64,000 nucleotides of DNA from Candidatus Pacearchaeota archaeon (GTDB lineage: Archaea; Nanobdellota; Nanobdellia; Pacearchaeales; GW2011-AR1): positions 75,096-139,095 of the forward strand of contig PBZO01000001.1 in assembly GCA_002731115.1 (NCBI GenBank), read 5' to 3'. Shown piece by piece: positions 1-11,009 of this stretch. The position numbers and the translations under genes are program-made. Positions within the stretch are counted from its first letter, which is position 1; each line of letters starts with the position of its first letter. The notes under the pieces are model-generated. The model had not been told where the DNA came from. It worked only from the letters and a program-made list of their open reading frames with translations, and did not search any database.

Positions 1-742
1 ATGGGATTCTGAATGGGTAGTAAATCAACTTAAAACACTTCAAGAAAAATATAATATAAAAAATATAAAAATTATTGATGAAATGTTTATTCTTAACTCG
101 AACCATTTTATGGAAATTGCAGAAAAAATAATCAAAGAAGACCTTAAATTAAATATATGGGCTTATGGAAGGGTTGATACTATAAAAGAAAAATATTTGG
201 GAAAATTGAAAAAAGCAGGATTTAATTGGTTGTGTGTTGGTTATGAAGCAGGAAATGAGAAAGTAAGAGAAGACGTACATAAGGGAAAATTTACAAAAGA
301 TAGTATGATAGAAAATAGAAAAATTATTAAAAATTCTGGAATAAATGTTATAGCAAACTATATGTTTGGATTACCTGAAGATAACTTAGACAGTATGCGA
401 GAAACACTTGACTTGGCAAAAGAACTAAATTGTGAATTTGGAAATTTCTATTGTACTACTGCTATGCCTGGTTCACAATTATATAAGAATGCTATACAAG
501 AAAATGTCAAATTATCTAAAAAATGGATTGATTATGCTCAACATAGTTATAATTTTCTACCTCTCCCAACAAAACATCTCTCGCCAAAAGAAGTTTTGGA
601 ATTTAGAGATTATGCTTTTGATAATTATTTTAAAAATCCAGAATATTTAAAAATGATTGAATCTGAATTTGGACCAAAAGCAGAAAAACATCTTAAAAAT
701 ATGACTAAAACAAAATTAAAAAGAAAGTTATTGGAGGAATAA
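1..742 (+). CDS. Radical SAM protein (probably cobalamin-binding class B), 5'-truncated by window edge
   Basis: Frame is open from base 2 (WDSEWVVNQLK...IIDEM). C-terminal half motifs: IIDE, YGRVD, GYEAG, NYMFGLPED, AMPGS. Confidence 0.8.
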   Translation, partial: WDSEWVVNQLKTLQEKYNIKNIKIIDEMFILNSNHFMEIAEKIIKEDLKLNIWAYGRVDTIKEKYLGKLKKAGFNWLCVGYEAGNEKVREDVHKGKFTKDSMIENRKIIKNSGINVIANYMFGLPEDNLDSMRETLDLAKELNCEFGNFYCTTAMPGSQLYKNAIQENVKLSKKWIDYAQHSYNFLPLPTKHLSPKEVLEFRDYAFDNYFKNPEYLKMIESEFGPKAEKHLKNMTKTKLKRKLLEE

Positions 743-753
743 TAAATCTTAAT

Positions 754-1197
754 ATGAGAAAGAGAGATATTGCAGAAGCAATAATTGTGAATAATAAAAG
801 TGAAATTCTATTGCAAAAAAAGAGTTTAGATTATCCGATTATACCTGGCGGATATTGGAGTGTTTTTGGAGGAGAAATTGAAAATGGAGAGACTCCGGAA
901 CAAGCCTTAAAAAGAGAAATTAAAGAAGAAATTGAATTTAACATAAATAAATTCAAGTTATTTAGGATTAAAGACTATAAACTTTCAGTAGGATTTTATG
1001 GAAAAAGATATATTTTCGAGGTTCTATTTGATAGAGAAATTTTTAATATAATTTTAAAAGAAGGTGCAGGATTTGCTTTCTTTAATATCTCGGAAATAAA
1101 TTCTATAAAATTAGAACCTCTATGTTTGGAGATATTAAAAGAATATTTTCAAGAACAACAATCCTTAATAACTAAAAAAAGAAATAAATTAAAATGA
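754..1197 (+). CDS. NUDIX hydrolase
   Basis: Nudix box GGEIENGETPEQALKREIKEE. Confidence 0.9.
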   Translation: MRKRDIAEAIIVNNKSEILLQKKSLDYPIIPGGYWSVFGGEIENGETPEQALKREIKEEIEFNINKFKLFRIKDYKLSVGFYGKRYIFEVLFDREIFNIILKEGAGFAFFNISEINSIKLEPLCLEILKEYFQEQQSLITKKRNKLK

Positions 1198-2351
1198 GAG
1201 ACGATTGGCAAGAAAAAAGAAAAGAATGGCGTAAAGAAAATAAATACAATTCTTTTAACTCAATGAAAGGATTGACTTGGTTTGATTCGCATTATATCCC
1301 AATTGCTAAGTGGTTAAAAGGTGAAGGAGAACTCCCTCCTCCAATTGAACTCTCTTTAGATCCTAGTCATTTATGCAATTTTGGATGTGGTCATTGTAAT
1401 GCTCAAAGATACTTGAAAATTAATGTAAAAGAGATTAGAAAAGATATGAGGGTTATGAAAAAGAAACATCTAGAAAATCTAATTGATTTTACTAGTGATT
1501 GGGGCGTTAGAGGAGTATGTATTGGAGGTGGAGGAGAACCTCTAATGAATAAAGGTGTTTGGACCCTTCCCTCATATATATCTAATAAAGGTATGCAATC
1601 TTCATTTGCTACGCATGGAGGGTTAATTGATGACTTAATTGCTGAAGAAATGATGTATTGTCGTTGGGTCGGTGTTTCTGTTGATTCAGGGACAAAAGAA
1701 ACTTTTAAGAAAGTGCACAAATCTAATGGCTTTGATAAAGTTATTAATAATTTAAAACTTTTAGTTTCAAAAAAGGAAAAAACAAAATCTAACATAGATA
1801 TAGCCTATAAATTTTTAATTAGACCGGATAATTGGGAAGACCTATATTCAGCTACAAAACTTGCAAAAGATATTGGAGTAAAAGATTTTCATGCTAGACC
1901 TGTTGATTTAGAAAGAAAAGACTATAAACAAGGAATAGATATTAATTATAAAATTGATAAAATTCATGAACAATTTGAAAAATGTCATGAATTAGAAGAA
2001 GATAATTTTAGAGTTTTTACTGTTATGCACAAATATGACCCTGAATTTAAAGTACACCATACATTCAAAAATTGCGTAGCTTCTTCTCTAATGCTTCAAG
2101 CATGTGCTGATGGGAATGCATATGTTTGTGCTGATCATAGAATAGAAGATAGATTTAGATTGACAAGTCATTATCCAAATCCAGAAAATATAAAAGAATA
2201 TTGGGGAAGTGATAAACATAGAAAATTATTGCAATCAATAAAAGTTAATAATGAATGTGGTAGATGTACTTATGGGGAATTTGCAAGACAAATTGAAGAA
2301 TTAGCAATAGGAACAAATGAGAAAGATCCCATGTGTTTAGATTTTCCTTAA
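1194..2351 (+). CDS. Radical SAM/SPASM-twitch domain protein
   Basis: CNFGCGHC motif, GGGEP, C-terminal C...ADGNAYVC...CGRC. Confidence 0.88.
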   Translation: MRDDWQEKRKEWRKENKYNSFNSMKGLTWFDSHYIPIAKWLKGEGELPPPIELSLDPSHLCNFGCGHCNAQRYLKINVKEIRKDMRVMKKKHLENLIDFTSDWGVRGVCIGGGGEPLMNKGVWTLPSYISNKGMQSSFATHGGLIDDLIAEEMMYCRWVGVSVDSGTKETFKKVHKSNGFDKVINNLKLLVSKKEKTKSNIDIAYKFLIRPDNWEDLYSATKLAKDIGVKDFHARPVDLERKDYKQGIDINYKIDKIHEQFEKCHELEEDNFRVFTVMHKYDPEFKVHHTFKNCVASSLMLQACADGNAYVCADHRIEDRFRLTSHYPNPENIKEYWGSDKHRKLLQSIKVNNECGRCTYGEFARQIEELAIGTNEKDPMCLDFP

Positions 2352-2397
2352 ACTTCATTATAATAATCTTTAAAAAGAAAAATAATAAATCTCTAAG

Positions 2398-3246
2398 ATG
2401 GAAAAAGAACAAATAATTAAGCTACAAAGAAAGGCAAATGATTTTCGTGAAGAAACTTTAGATATGTGTATAGACGCCGGAACAGGGCATGTTACTTCTT
2501 CTTTTTCTTGTGCAGAAATACTTACTTCACTTTATTCAGGGAATATCTTAAAATACAAATCAGATGAACCAAAATGGGATAAAAGGGATAGATTTATTTT
2601 GAGTAAGGGGCAGGCAAGTCCAATATTGTATGTTACTTTAGCTAATGCAGGTTTTTTCCCAAAAGATTGGTTAAATACTTTTTGTAAAAAAGAAGCTAAG
2701 TTCGGAGTACATTTACAGAATACAGTGCCTGGAGTCGAGTATTCTACAGGTTCACTTGGTCATGGACTCGGCCTTGGAGCAGGAGTTACATTAAGAGCAA
2801 AAATAGATAAAAAAAATTACCATACATTTGTCCTTTTAGGAGATGCTGAACTTCAAGAAGGTTCTAATTGGGAATCTGCAATGTTTGCTAGTAGTTATAA
2901 TTTAAACAATTTAACTGCAATAGTTGATAGAAATGGGTATGGCGTACTTGGAGCAACAGAGGATATAGTTAAATTAAATCCTTTAGAAAAAAAATTTAGA
3001 TCTTTTGGATGGGATGTAAAAACTATAGATGGTCATTCAATTAAAGAATTCTATGAAGCAACTAATAATTTTAGAGATTATAAAAGAGGTAAACCTCTTG
3101 TGATTATTGCTGAAACTGTTAAAGGAAAAGGAATTAAATCTTGGGAAAATAAAGCATTAGTTCATGGTATGGCTCCAAAGGGGGAAGATGCAATAAAATT
3201 AAAAGGGGAATTAAAAAAATACTCTTCAAGAGGCGAATATGAATAA
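2398..3246 (+). CDS. Transketolase N-terminal (TPP-binding) subunit
   Basis: DRFILSKG, STGSLGHG, GDAELQEGSNWE...N motifs. Confidence 0.92.
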   Translation: MEKEQIIKLQRKANDFREETLDMCIDAGTGHVTSSFSCAEILTSLYSGNILKYKSDEPKWDKRDRFILSKGQASPILYVTLANAGFFPKDWLNTFCKKEAKFGVHLQNTVPGVEYSTGSLGHGLGLGAGVTLRAKIDKKNYHTFVLLGDAELQEGSNWESAMFASSYNLNNLTAIVDRNGYGVLGATEDIVKLNPLEKKFRSFGWDVKTIDGHSIKEFYEATNNFRDYKRGKPLVIIAETVKGKGIKSWENKALVHGMAPKGEDAIKLKGELKKYSSRGEYE

Positions 3247-4183
3247 CAAATCGATGAGAGATACCTTTTGGGATAGAATTTATGATATTGCGAAAGAAGA
3301 TAGAGATTTGGTGTTAATTGATGCGGATATGGGTGCTCCATCTCTTGACAAGTTTAGAGAAGATTTTAATGGAAGACAATATTTTAGCACAGGTATTGCA
3401 GAACAAAATATGATTGCTGTAGCAGGTGGTTTAGCTAAAGAAGGGAAAAAAGTTTTTACTTATGCTATTGCTCCATTTATCACTTCTAGATGTCATGAAT
3501 TTACCAAATTAAATTGTGGACTTATGAAAATTCCTATAAACCTTGTTGGTGTAGGACCTGGTTTTAGTTATGATGATTCTGGACCGACACACCATCTAAC
3601 AGAGGATATCTCAATAATGAGAGCAATACCCAATCTGGAAATATATTGTCCATCAGATAATTTGATTGCAAAAAGATTAGCAAAAAAAATGTATTGTTCC
3701 GAGAATCCCGCCTATATAAGATTGGATAGAGAAATTCTCCCAAATTTATCGGATCAAAATGGAATATCTAAAAATAGAGAAAAAATTCAAGCAGGGTTTA
3801 GAGAATTTGGAAAAGGAGATTTGGCTATTGTTTCCACAGGAAATATGGTTCATACGGCTTTAGAAGTTCAAAAATATTATTCTGATAAAAACATACCAAT
3901 TGGAGTTCTAGATTTACATCAATTAAAACCAATAAGTGAAGAATTTAAAAAAAATATGTCTGGATATAAGAATTTAGTTTCTTTAGAAGAACACCTCTTA
4001 GATGGTGGATTGGGAAGCATAATCGCAGAAACTATTATTGATAATAATTTACTTGTTAATTTAAAAAAGAGAATTGGATTAGTTGACTATGTTTATGCAT
4101 ATGGGGGGCGTAAGAACATACAAGAATTATATAAAATAGATGAGAAAAGTGTTATTAATGAAATAGATAAATTGATTAATTAA
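3239..4183 (+). CDS. Transketolase C-terminal subunit
   Basis: GIAEQNM, GPTHH, EEH..GGLG motifs. Overlaps the N-terminal subunit gene. Confidence 0.92.
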   Translation: MNNKSMRDTFWDRIYDIAKEDRDLVLIDADMGAPSLDKFREDFNGRQYFSTGIAEQNMIAVAGGLAKEGKKVFTYAIAPFITSRCHEFTKLNCGLMKIPINLVGVGPGFSYDDSGPTHHLTEDISIMRAIPNLEIYCPSDNLIAKRLAKKMYCSENPAYIRLDREILPNLSDQNGISKNREKIQAGFREFGKGDLAIVSTGNMVHTALEVQKYYSDKNIPIGVLDLHQLKPISEEFKKNMSGYKNLVSLEEHLLDGGLGSIIAETIIDNNLLVNLKKRIGLVDYVYAYGGRKNIQELYKIDEKSVINEIDKLIN

Positions 4184-5810
4184 AAAAATTCAATGCTTCC
4201 CAACTACCTTTATCAAAAAATCTTTCTGAAAGATATTTAAATACAAATTTTTTTCCGGGATATGATAAGAGAAATAATTTAAAGAAATACTTATCCAATA
4301 TTCTTTTCTGACGAATAAGAGAAAATATCTTATCAAAAAAAGGTGTATTAAATACATTCTTCATATCCTTATAAGGAATTTCATTTATCGCTTGTATTTT
4401 GACTAAAGGAATGGATACAAATACAGTATTCTTATCATTTAATAAATTACAAACTTCTCCATGAAATAATTTTTGAAATGCCTTTAAGTTATCTAAAAAA
4501 TAACTTTTTCTTACCATTAATTGATTTACATTTAATATTTTGTAAAAATCTTCTTTTTTTAGAGTATTAAACGACTTCTTTGATAAATTTAATAGATAAT
4601 CTCCTAAAAATTCAGAATAAACAAAATAATTACAGCAACTGATATCTTTTTTAGAAATCATTAGAGAATAAGATTGAAAATAATTCTTGTGAGGGGATTT
4701 CTTATTGAATGATTTAGAAAAATCTATATAATCTGCATTTTTTAATTTTTCTTTTAATTTATTGATTGGTAAATCTATTTCTTCTTCAGAAAGAGTAATT
4801 ATTCTTTTATTAACTTCTGGAAGGTCCTTATGACTAATTTTCTCTTTTTCTATTTTTTCAAAACATTCTGTAAATAATTTTTCCCAGGAATGATTTTTTA
4901 TAACATAATCATAACCTTCCTTCGCAATATTCTTTCTTTCTTTTTCATGGTTAAGATAATATTTAATTTTTTTAAGAAGTTCTTCTTTACTTCTAAAATT
5001 CATCTTCTTATTTTTAACAAGAAAATCTATGGTTCTATTAGTATATTCTGTTAATAAAAATGAGTTACATGCAAGTATTTCTATTGGACGTCCTTTCATT
5101 TGTCCCAATTTGCCTTGTTTAAAAAAGGTTTTTGAAAAATTAAGATTTATCCTAGATTGATTAATCACTTTTATAAAATCCTCTGGGTATAAAAAACCAC
5201 CATAAATACTTTTTAAATCTGAATAATTATGCCAATCTCCTCCAAATAATCTAATATTTATCCCTTTTTTCATTAAAAATTTTATATAATCATACCTATC
5301 GGCTAAAGGTGTTCCTATGAAAGTTACATCATAAATCTCTTTAATATTAAGTTTCCTGTGATAATTAGGATTTACTCCAATCATAGAATATACATTTTTT
5401 ATTTTATCCTTCTTAAAAATTGAAATTTCTTTTTTAGTTGTTAGAATATAATCAAAAAATAAAGCATAATATCTTACCCAATCATCAAATCTAAATTCAT
5501 CATCTCCTGACCACATTATTGTTTTTGTATTGGGAGTAATTTCTCTTATTTTTAATAATGTATCTATTTCAAATTCGCTAAGGGACGGGCAAACTAATAA
5601 ATAATCAGGTCTTTCTTCCTTAAGAACTTTTAAAAAGTTTTTATTTAATTTTTCCCTACCTGAATAATAAATATTATTTTTTGTACTAAAAAAAATAACT
5701 TTCCTAAATATCTTTTTGAATACGGGAGGCCAATCTCTGCACTCTTGACTAGTTTTAACCTTACACCCCCAACTTGCAAGCAATATTTTTTTATTTTTTA
5801 AAGAGTTCAT
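4176..5810 (-). CDS. Glycosyltransferase (CgeB-like, GT-B) with C-terminal extension
   Basis: YDVTFIG, SRINLN, R.EILAC.FLLTE, IAKEGY..V...HSW motifs. Confidence 0.8.
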   Translation of the reverse strand: MNSLKNKKILLASWGCKVKTSQECRDWPPVFKKIFRKVIFFSTKNNIYYSGREKLNKNFLKVLKEERPDYLLVCPSLSEFEIDTLLKIREITPNTKTIMWSGDDEFRFDDWVRYYALFFDYILTTKKEISIFKKDKIKNVYSMIGVNPNYHRKLNIKEIYDVTFIGTPLADRYDYIKFLMKKGINIRLFGGDWHNYSDLKSIYGGFLYPEDFIKVINQSRINLNFSKTFFKQGKLGQMKGRPIEILACNSFLLTEYTNRTIDFLVKNKKMNFRSKEELLKKIKYYLNHEKERKNIAKEGYDYVIKNHSWEKLFTECFEKIEKEKISHKDLPEVNKRIITLSEEEIDLPINKLKEKLKNADYIDFSKSFNKKSPHKNYFQSYSLMISKKDISCCNYFVYSEFLGDYLLNLSKKSFNTLKKEDFYKILNVNQLMVRKSYFLDNLKAFQKLFHGEVCNLLNDKNTVFVSIPLVKIQAINEIPYKDMKNVFNTPFFDKIFSLIRQKRILDKYFFKLFLLSYPGKKFVFKYLSERFFDKGSWEALNFFN

Positions 5811-5856
5811 AAGAAGGTGGGAAATATTAATCTTTATAAATTTAATCTATCATAAA

Positions 5857-7236
5857 TTAAGTTTTATCAGAAACATATCTTTTAAAAATTCTTAAAAAAT
5901 TATTTGGATTTATTTTATTAATTAACTTTCTCTTTATAAAACCAGAAAAATCCCCCTCATCTGCATAAAGGTTAGTTATAAACCCTGTTCTAAAGGACCA
6001 CCATAATAACTTCCATTTAGGATGTTCTGCAGTATAAAGTGGACAAAGTCCTTCACTTAGCCAATAATCATCCGTTATTAATCCTTTTTCCTTTGCTAAT
6101 CTATATACTTCTGTTCCGGGGAAAACAATTAAAATGGCTGGTTCGGTTGCTACTCTTAGTTTTTTAGCTAAAAGTGCTGTTTCCATTGCGCTTTTTGAAT
6201 TCTCTCCCGGAAGTCCAACAATCGATAAAAAAGCTGTTTTAATCTTATATTTTTCGCAAATTTTAAAAGCATTTATTATCTGAGAGACTTTTACTTTTTT
6301 CCCAATATTGTCTAGAATATGTTGTGAACCACTTTCTACTCCAAAAATTACTTCGATACACCCTGCTCTTTTCATCCATCCCAAAATTTCTTCGTTTAAT
6401 GATGAAACTCTTCCTAGACATTTCCATTTTATTTTCATTTTATCTTTTAAAATCATTTTACATAAATCAATAATTCTTTTATTATTACAAATAAATTCAT
6501 CATCCATAAAATAAATCTGCTCAATATTTGGGAATTTCTTTATTAAATATTTCATCTCCTTAAAAACATTCTTTGCACTTCTTTGAATCATGCATCTTCC
6601 CCAATATGCAGAACTAGGACAAAAAGAACACCCAAAAGGACATCCTCTTGAAGTCAGCATATATACTGTATTAAATTTTCTTATTGTATTCTTAAAGAAA
6701 TCATGTTTAGGCAAGGGTAATGAATCTAGATCTCTGATTCTTTCTCTAGGTTCTGTTTTAATAATCTCTTCATTATGTTTAAAGGCTATTCCTTTAATTT
6801 TTTTAAATTTAGAAATCGGCTTTTTATTATTAATACTATCCAATAATTCTACTAAGGTAATTTCTGCCTCTCCCAGTATTGTAAAATCTACAGGATAATT
6901 ATTAAGAATTTGATCATATAGAAAGGTAGTATGGACTCCTCCAGCAATAATTATTGTTTTTGGGCTTACTTCTTTTACTATCTTTAATAATTTTAATGCT
7001 GAAATACGGCTATTAGAAAGAATACTTATACCAAAAAAGTCTGGTTTTTCTCGCTCAATCTTTTCTCTTACCTTTTCCACAACATCTTCCCATTTAGAAT
7101 AAGTTAAATTAAGAATATCCGTTTTATAATTATTTTTCTCTAAAACTGCCCCTAAATAAGCTAAACCAAGTGGATAAAGAGTATCATCTTCACCTTCCCA
7201 CATATCCCATGGAGCAATAGCAAACATAAATTTCAT
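5857..7236 (-). CDS. Cobalamin-binding radical SAM protein
   Basis: PLGLAYL, GGVHTT, GEAE, SRGCPFGCSFC, FGVESGS. Confidence 0.9.
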   Translation of the reverse strand: MKFMFAIAPWDMWEGEDDTLYPLGLAYLGAVLEKNNYKTDILNLTYSKWEDVVEKVREKIEREKPDFFGISILSNSRISALKLLKIVKEVSPKTIIIAGGVHTTFLYDQILNNYPVDFTILGEAEITLVELLDSINNKKPISKFKKIKGIAFKHNEEIIKTEPRERIRDLDSLPLPKHDFFKNTIRKFNTVYMLTSRGCPFGCSFCPSSAYWGRCMIQRSAKNVFKEMKYLIKKFPNIEQIYFMDDEFICNNKRIIDLCKMILKDKMKIKWKCLGRVSSLNEEILGWMKRAGCIEVIFGVESGSQHILDNIGKKVKVSQIINAFKICEKYKIKTAFLSIVGLPGENSKSAMETALLAKKLRVATEPAILIVFPGTEVYRLAKEKGLITDDYWLSEGLCPLYTAEHPKWKLLWWSFRTGFITNLYADEGDFSGFIKRKLINKINPNNFLRIFKRYVSDKT

Positions 7237-7274
7237 TAAAATTTCAAGATTATTGGTTTTATAAATATAATCAT

Positions 7275-8807
7275 TTAATCAAATATTTTTTTCTTAATTG
7301 TATCCAAAATCATTATATCTTTCTCATCCAAACTCCTTGTTATAAATATCAAAAATAAATAAAATAGAATAAATAAAGATCCTTGAAAAAATAAAGTTAA
7401 TAGATTAGCGGTTATAAATTGCTTAAGATAAATTAACAAGATTGTTGGAGGAATTATTGAGATAAAAATTCTTGTCATTTTCCTTCTTAAGGGAACTATT
7501 GAAACATAATATCTAGTTTGAAAAAAGAAAATAAAAGTTAATATTATCTGACTAACCATTGTTGCGAATGCTGCTCCAGAAATTCCATATATTGGAACAA
7601 GAAAAATATTTAATATCAAATTTAAAAAAGATATAATAACTATATTTGTTAAAATTATTTTTGATCTCCCTGTCATTGAAATCAAATTATGGGAGATCAT
7701 TGTAATTGATGAAAAAAGATAAGCTGTTGCTAAAAATCTTAGCGAATTTTCTGCACCCAAATATTCTTGTCCAAATAAAATATTAATAAATACTCCTGGG
7801 AAAAGAATCATTAGTAAAAAGAAAGGTAAATTAACAATTAATATCCATTTAACAATCTGTTTACTTAATTCACTAACAAGTCCTATGTTTTTTCTTGAAA
7901 ATTCTCTATTTATTAGGGGAGAAAAAAGCCTTAGAAATAAACTTGGGAAAAATACTATTAACCACGCAATCGGAATTGCTGCATTATATATCCCAACATC
8001 AAAGGTTCCATTAAAATAACCAATTATAAATGAATCTATATTAGGCATTATTTCACTTAAAATTCCTAGTAAAATTAAAGGCCAAGAATAAGAAAATAGC
8101 TCTTTTTGTATTTTCCTTTTAGAAGATTTGCTTAATCTAATTTTTTTAAAAATTTCTGAAAGTTTATATTTACAATAAATAAATGAAGCTAAAAAAACAC
8201 CTAAAACACCTAAAAAATATGAAAAGATTATTGAGTCAATATTTAACCCTATAAAAATTAATAGAATAAGAAAAATTACCTTGAGAAAATTCTGTAAAAA
8301 ATCTACAATAAATGATTGGGCAGCAATTCTTTCAAATGACTGAATTACTGTTAAAAGAGCATATGAAATTATATAAAGAGGAATTAATAAACTAAAAATT
8401 TTAAGAAAAAATATTAACTTAGCATCATTAAAAATATTAATTGAAATAAATTCTGCTGAAAAAAATAAGATTAATCCTGCAAGAATACTTGAAAAAAATA
8501 ATATTATCAAAGAAAATTTGAAGACATGCCTAATATTATTGATTCTCTTTTTTCCCTTATAGAATGGAATAAATCTAAGAAGACCTTCAAATAACCCCAA
8601 GGATGAAAAAACTACAAACCATAAGAATATTATTACTGCTAAGGAAAAAGACCCATAAATTTCAGGTCCAAAATACCTTGCAATAATTACCCTATAAATA
8701 TAAGAGAATATTTTTGACAAGAATACTCCAAAAAACACAAATAATGAAGATTTTACAAGTAATTTAAAATATCTATCTAGTTCTTTTTGATTTACTGGTT
8801 TTTGCAT
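7275..8807 (-). CDS. Polysaccharide flippase (Wzx/RfbX, MOP family)
   Basis: Many TM segments; ARYFGPEIYG, VGIYNAA, LVPIYGISGAAFAT. Confidence 0.88.
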   Translation of the reverse strand: MQKPVNQKELDRYFKLLVKSSLFVFFGVFLSKIFSYIYRVIIARYFGPEIYGSFSLAVIIFLWFVVFSSLGLFEGLLRFIPFYKGKKRINNIRHVFKFSLIILFFSSILAGLILFFSAEFISINIFNDAKLIFFLKIFSLLIPLYIISYALLTVIQSFERIAAQSFIVDFLQNFLKVIFLILLIFIGLNIDSIIFSYFLGVLGVFLASFIYCKYKLSEIFKKIRLSKSSKRKIQKELFSYSWPLILLGILSEIMPNIDSFIIGYFNGTFDVGIYNAAIPIAWLIVFFPSLFLRLFSPLINREFSRKNIGLVSELSKQIVKWILIVNLPFFLLMILFPGVFINILFGQEYLGAENSLRFLATAYLFSSITMISHNLISMTGRSKIILTNIVIISFLNLILNIFLVPIYGISGAAFATMVSQIILTFIFFFQTRYYVSIVPLRRKMTRIFISIIPPTILLIYLKQFITANLLTLFFQGSLFILFYLFLIFITRSLDEKDIMILDTIKKKIFD

Positions 8808-8845
8808 TATTCAGATAATTAATTATTGTTTAAATATTTTTAAAA

Positions 8846-10456
8846 TTATATTCTTTTTTTCGAAAGACTATCCTTTATAGATAAATAATTTCTTCTAAAA
8901 AAATCTAATTCCTTATAATAATCAACACCTATTTTATATAATCTACTAACTACAAAAAAACGCATATGGCATTTTCTGCAAGAAACATGCATTGCATAAT
9001 GAAATCTATTTTCTATAAGACAATTTTTATAATTAAGATTTTCCTTACAATAAGGACATTTAACCAATAAATTATATTTATTTTTATTATCTTCTTTAAT
9101 TTTTAATGGAAGTACATAGAAAGAATATTTTCTTCTTGCATTAATTATTTCTTCTTTTAATTTTTCTATTTCCTTGTCCGTCATATTGTCAGTCATATTT
9201 AACCAATTAGTATGGCTAATTTTATTTTTGATAAAGAATAATTTATCTTTTATTATTCCTTTTTTTATACAGCGATTATAAATCTCACTTCCAGGATAAG
9301 GCTGGATAAATCCCAATTTAATTTGACCTCTGGAATATTTTTTCCAATAATCAAGAGTTTCTTTTGCTGTTTCTTTTGTTTCTGCAGAATCTCCAAAAAT
9401 AAAATTGCCTTGTACACTTAAACCAATTTCCATTGAAAGTTTAAGTGCTTCATTAATTTGTTTAGAAGTTATTGGTTTCTTCATGCTTTTGAGAACTGTT
9501 TGACTATAACTTTCAAACCCAAAACTTATTGCATGACATCCAGAATCTTTAAGTATCATTAACATTTCTCTACTCACAGTATTTACTGATAATTGGCATT
9601 CCCATTTGCATTCCCAAGGAACTTCATTTACTAATTTTTTAAGATGCTTACAAAATTCATATAATCTTTTTTTATCTATAGAAAACATATCATCAATAAT
9701 TTCAATTATATTAATCTTATATTTTTTAACTGCTATTCTTAATTCATCCATAACACTTTTAATTGACCTCATTCTATACCTTCTTCCAAGGGTATGATAA
9801 CAAAAAGTACATTGAAACGGACAACCTCGACTACTTAGTATTGGATAAGTCCGAGGATAGTCGAATAAATTATAGATATTAGAATTATTACATTCATTTT
9901 CTAATTTTTTAAGAAATCCAAATCCCTCAAAATCTGGCACAGGTAATGAATCTATATTTTTAATTGACTCTCTTTGTTTTGTAAAGATAGTTTTTCCATT
10001 TTCATCCTTATAGATTATCCCCTCAACATCTTTAAAATCTTCATTTCTTTCAACAGCTTTTAATAATTCTATTATTGTTATCTCGCCTTCTCCTAATATT
10101 GCAAAATCGGGTTTTAAATTTTCAAAAATTAATTTTGGTTCACTAGTTACTAAGGGCCCTCCAAAAATAACTTTTGGTTGGGAATCATGACTCCTTATAA
10201 TATTAATTATCTTTTCAACAATTGCATATCCAATTCCAATATGGCCTGTGCAGACAAAATTATATTTTTTAGTATTTAATCTTCTTGTAATCAAATCTTC
10301 TATTTTTCCATTAAAATGATTTAAATTTAAGCAATCTACACTATACCCTGCTTTTTTTAAGACAGATGAAATATATCCCAATCCTAATGGAAAAACATAT
10401 TGATAATTTGCCTTATTAGTTAGATTATACCTAGGAATTATTAATAAAATTTGCAT
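8846..10456 (-). CDS. Cobalamin-binding radical SAM protein with C-terminal CxxC pairs
   Basis: PLGLGYI, GEGE, SRGCPFQCTFC, PYPGS; C-terminal CPYC...CRKC. Confidence 0.9.
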   Translation of the reverse strand: MQILLIIPRYNLTNKANYQYVFPLGLGYISSVLKKAGYSVDCLNLNHFNGKIEDLITRRLNTKKYNFVCTGHIGIGYAIVEKIINIIRSHDSQPKVIFGGPLVTSEPKLIFENLKPDFAILGEGEITIIELLKAVERNEDFKDVEGIIYKDENGKTIFTKQRESIKNIDSLPVPDFEGFGFLKKLENECNNSNIYNLFDYPRTYPILSSRGCPFQCTFCYHTLGRRYRMRSIKSVMDELRIAVKKYKINIIEIIDDMFSIDKKRLYEFCKHLKKLVNEVPWECKWECQLSVNTVSREMLMILKDSGCHAISFGFESYSQTVLKSMKKPITSKQINEALKLSMEIGLSVQGNFIFGDSAETKETAKETLDYWKKYSRGQIKLGFIQPYPGSEIYNRCIKKGIIKDKLFFIKNKISHTNWLNMTDNMTDKEIEKLKEEIINARRKYSFYVLPLKIKEDNKNKYNLLVKCPYCKENLNYKNCLIENRFHYAMHVSCRKCHMRFFVVSRLYKIGVDYYKELDFFRRNYLSIKDSLSKKRI

Positions 10457-10508
10457 GATATGCTTATTTAAATTTAGTTTATAAATATTATGTAAGAATT
10501 ATAGAAAA

Positions 10509-10961
10509 TTAAAGATGTTTTAATTTTTTGAATTTGAAGAAATCGTGTATTAGGGAAATTTTATCCATCCTATCCATAAAAATTCTACTACAAGTTACAT
10601 CTAAAAATAAATGAAAAGTAAATCCTATAAAAATAAATAAGAAATACTCTGAAAATAGGGTGAATAATAAAAGAACTAATAAGATTTCAGTTCCATGTAA
10701 AAAACAAAAACCACTATATACTTTATTTCTCTGAGCTCGGGATAAATTCTGGAATCTTTTTGATCTTTCAATAAACCAATTGTAAGCATTGTTTAAACTC
10801 CAATCTTTTTTCTTATAAACATAATAAATATAATGGTCAACATCAATTAAGACAGTCGAAAGAGCAATTAATAAAAATCCAATTAATCCTATTTGTGGAA
10901 AGATAACTAATAAAATTAATGCAAAAATTAATCCTAATACTAAATGACTTTGTACATACAT
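10509..10961 (-). CDS. Membrane-bound metal-dependent hydrolase-like protein (YdjM-like)
   Basis: N-terminal H, DVDH, FLH and HLFLD motifs in a hydrophobic protein. Confidence 0.65.
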   Translation of the reverse strand: MYVQSHLVLGLIFALILLVIFPQIGLIGFLLIALSTVLIDVDHYIYYVYKKKDWSLNNAYNWFIERSKRFQNLSRAQRNKVYSGFCFLHGTEILLVLLLFTLFSEYFLFIFIGFTFHLFLDVTCSRIFMDRMDKISLIHDFFKFKKLKHL

Positions 10962-11009
10962 TTTAAAATTAGAAGAAAAGGGTTTTTAAATTTTAAGGAG
11001 AGATAATTC

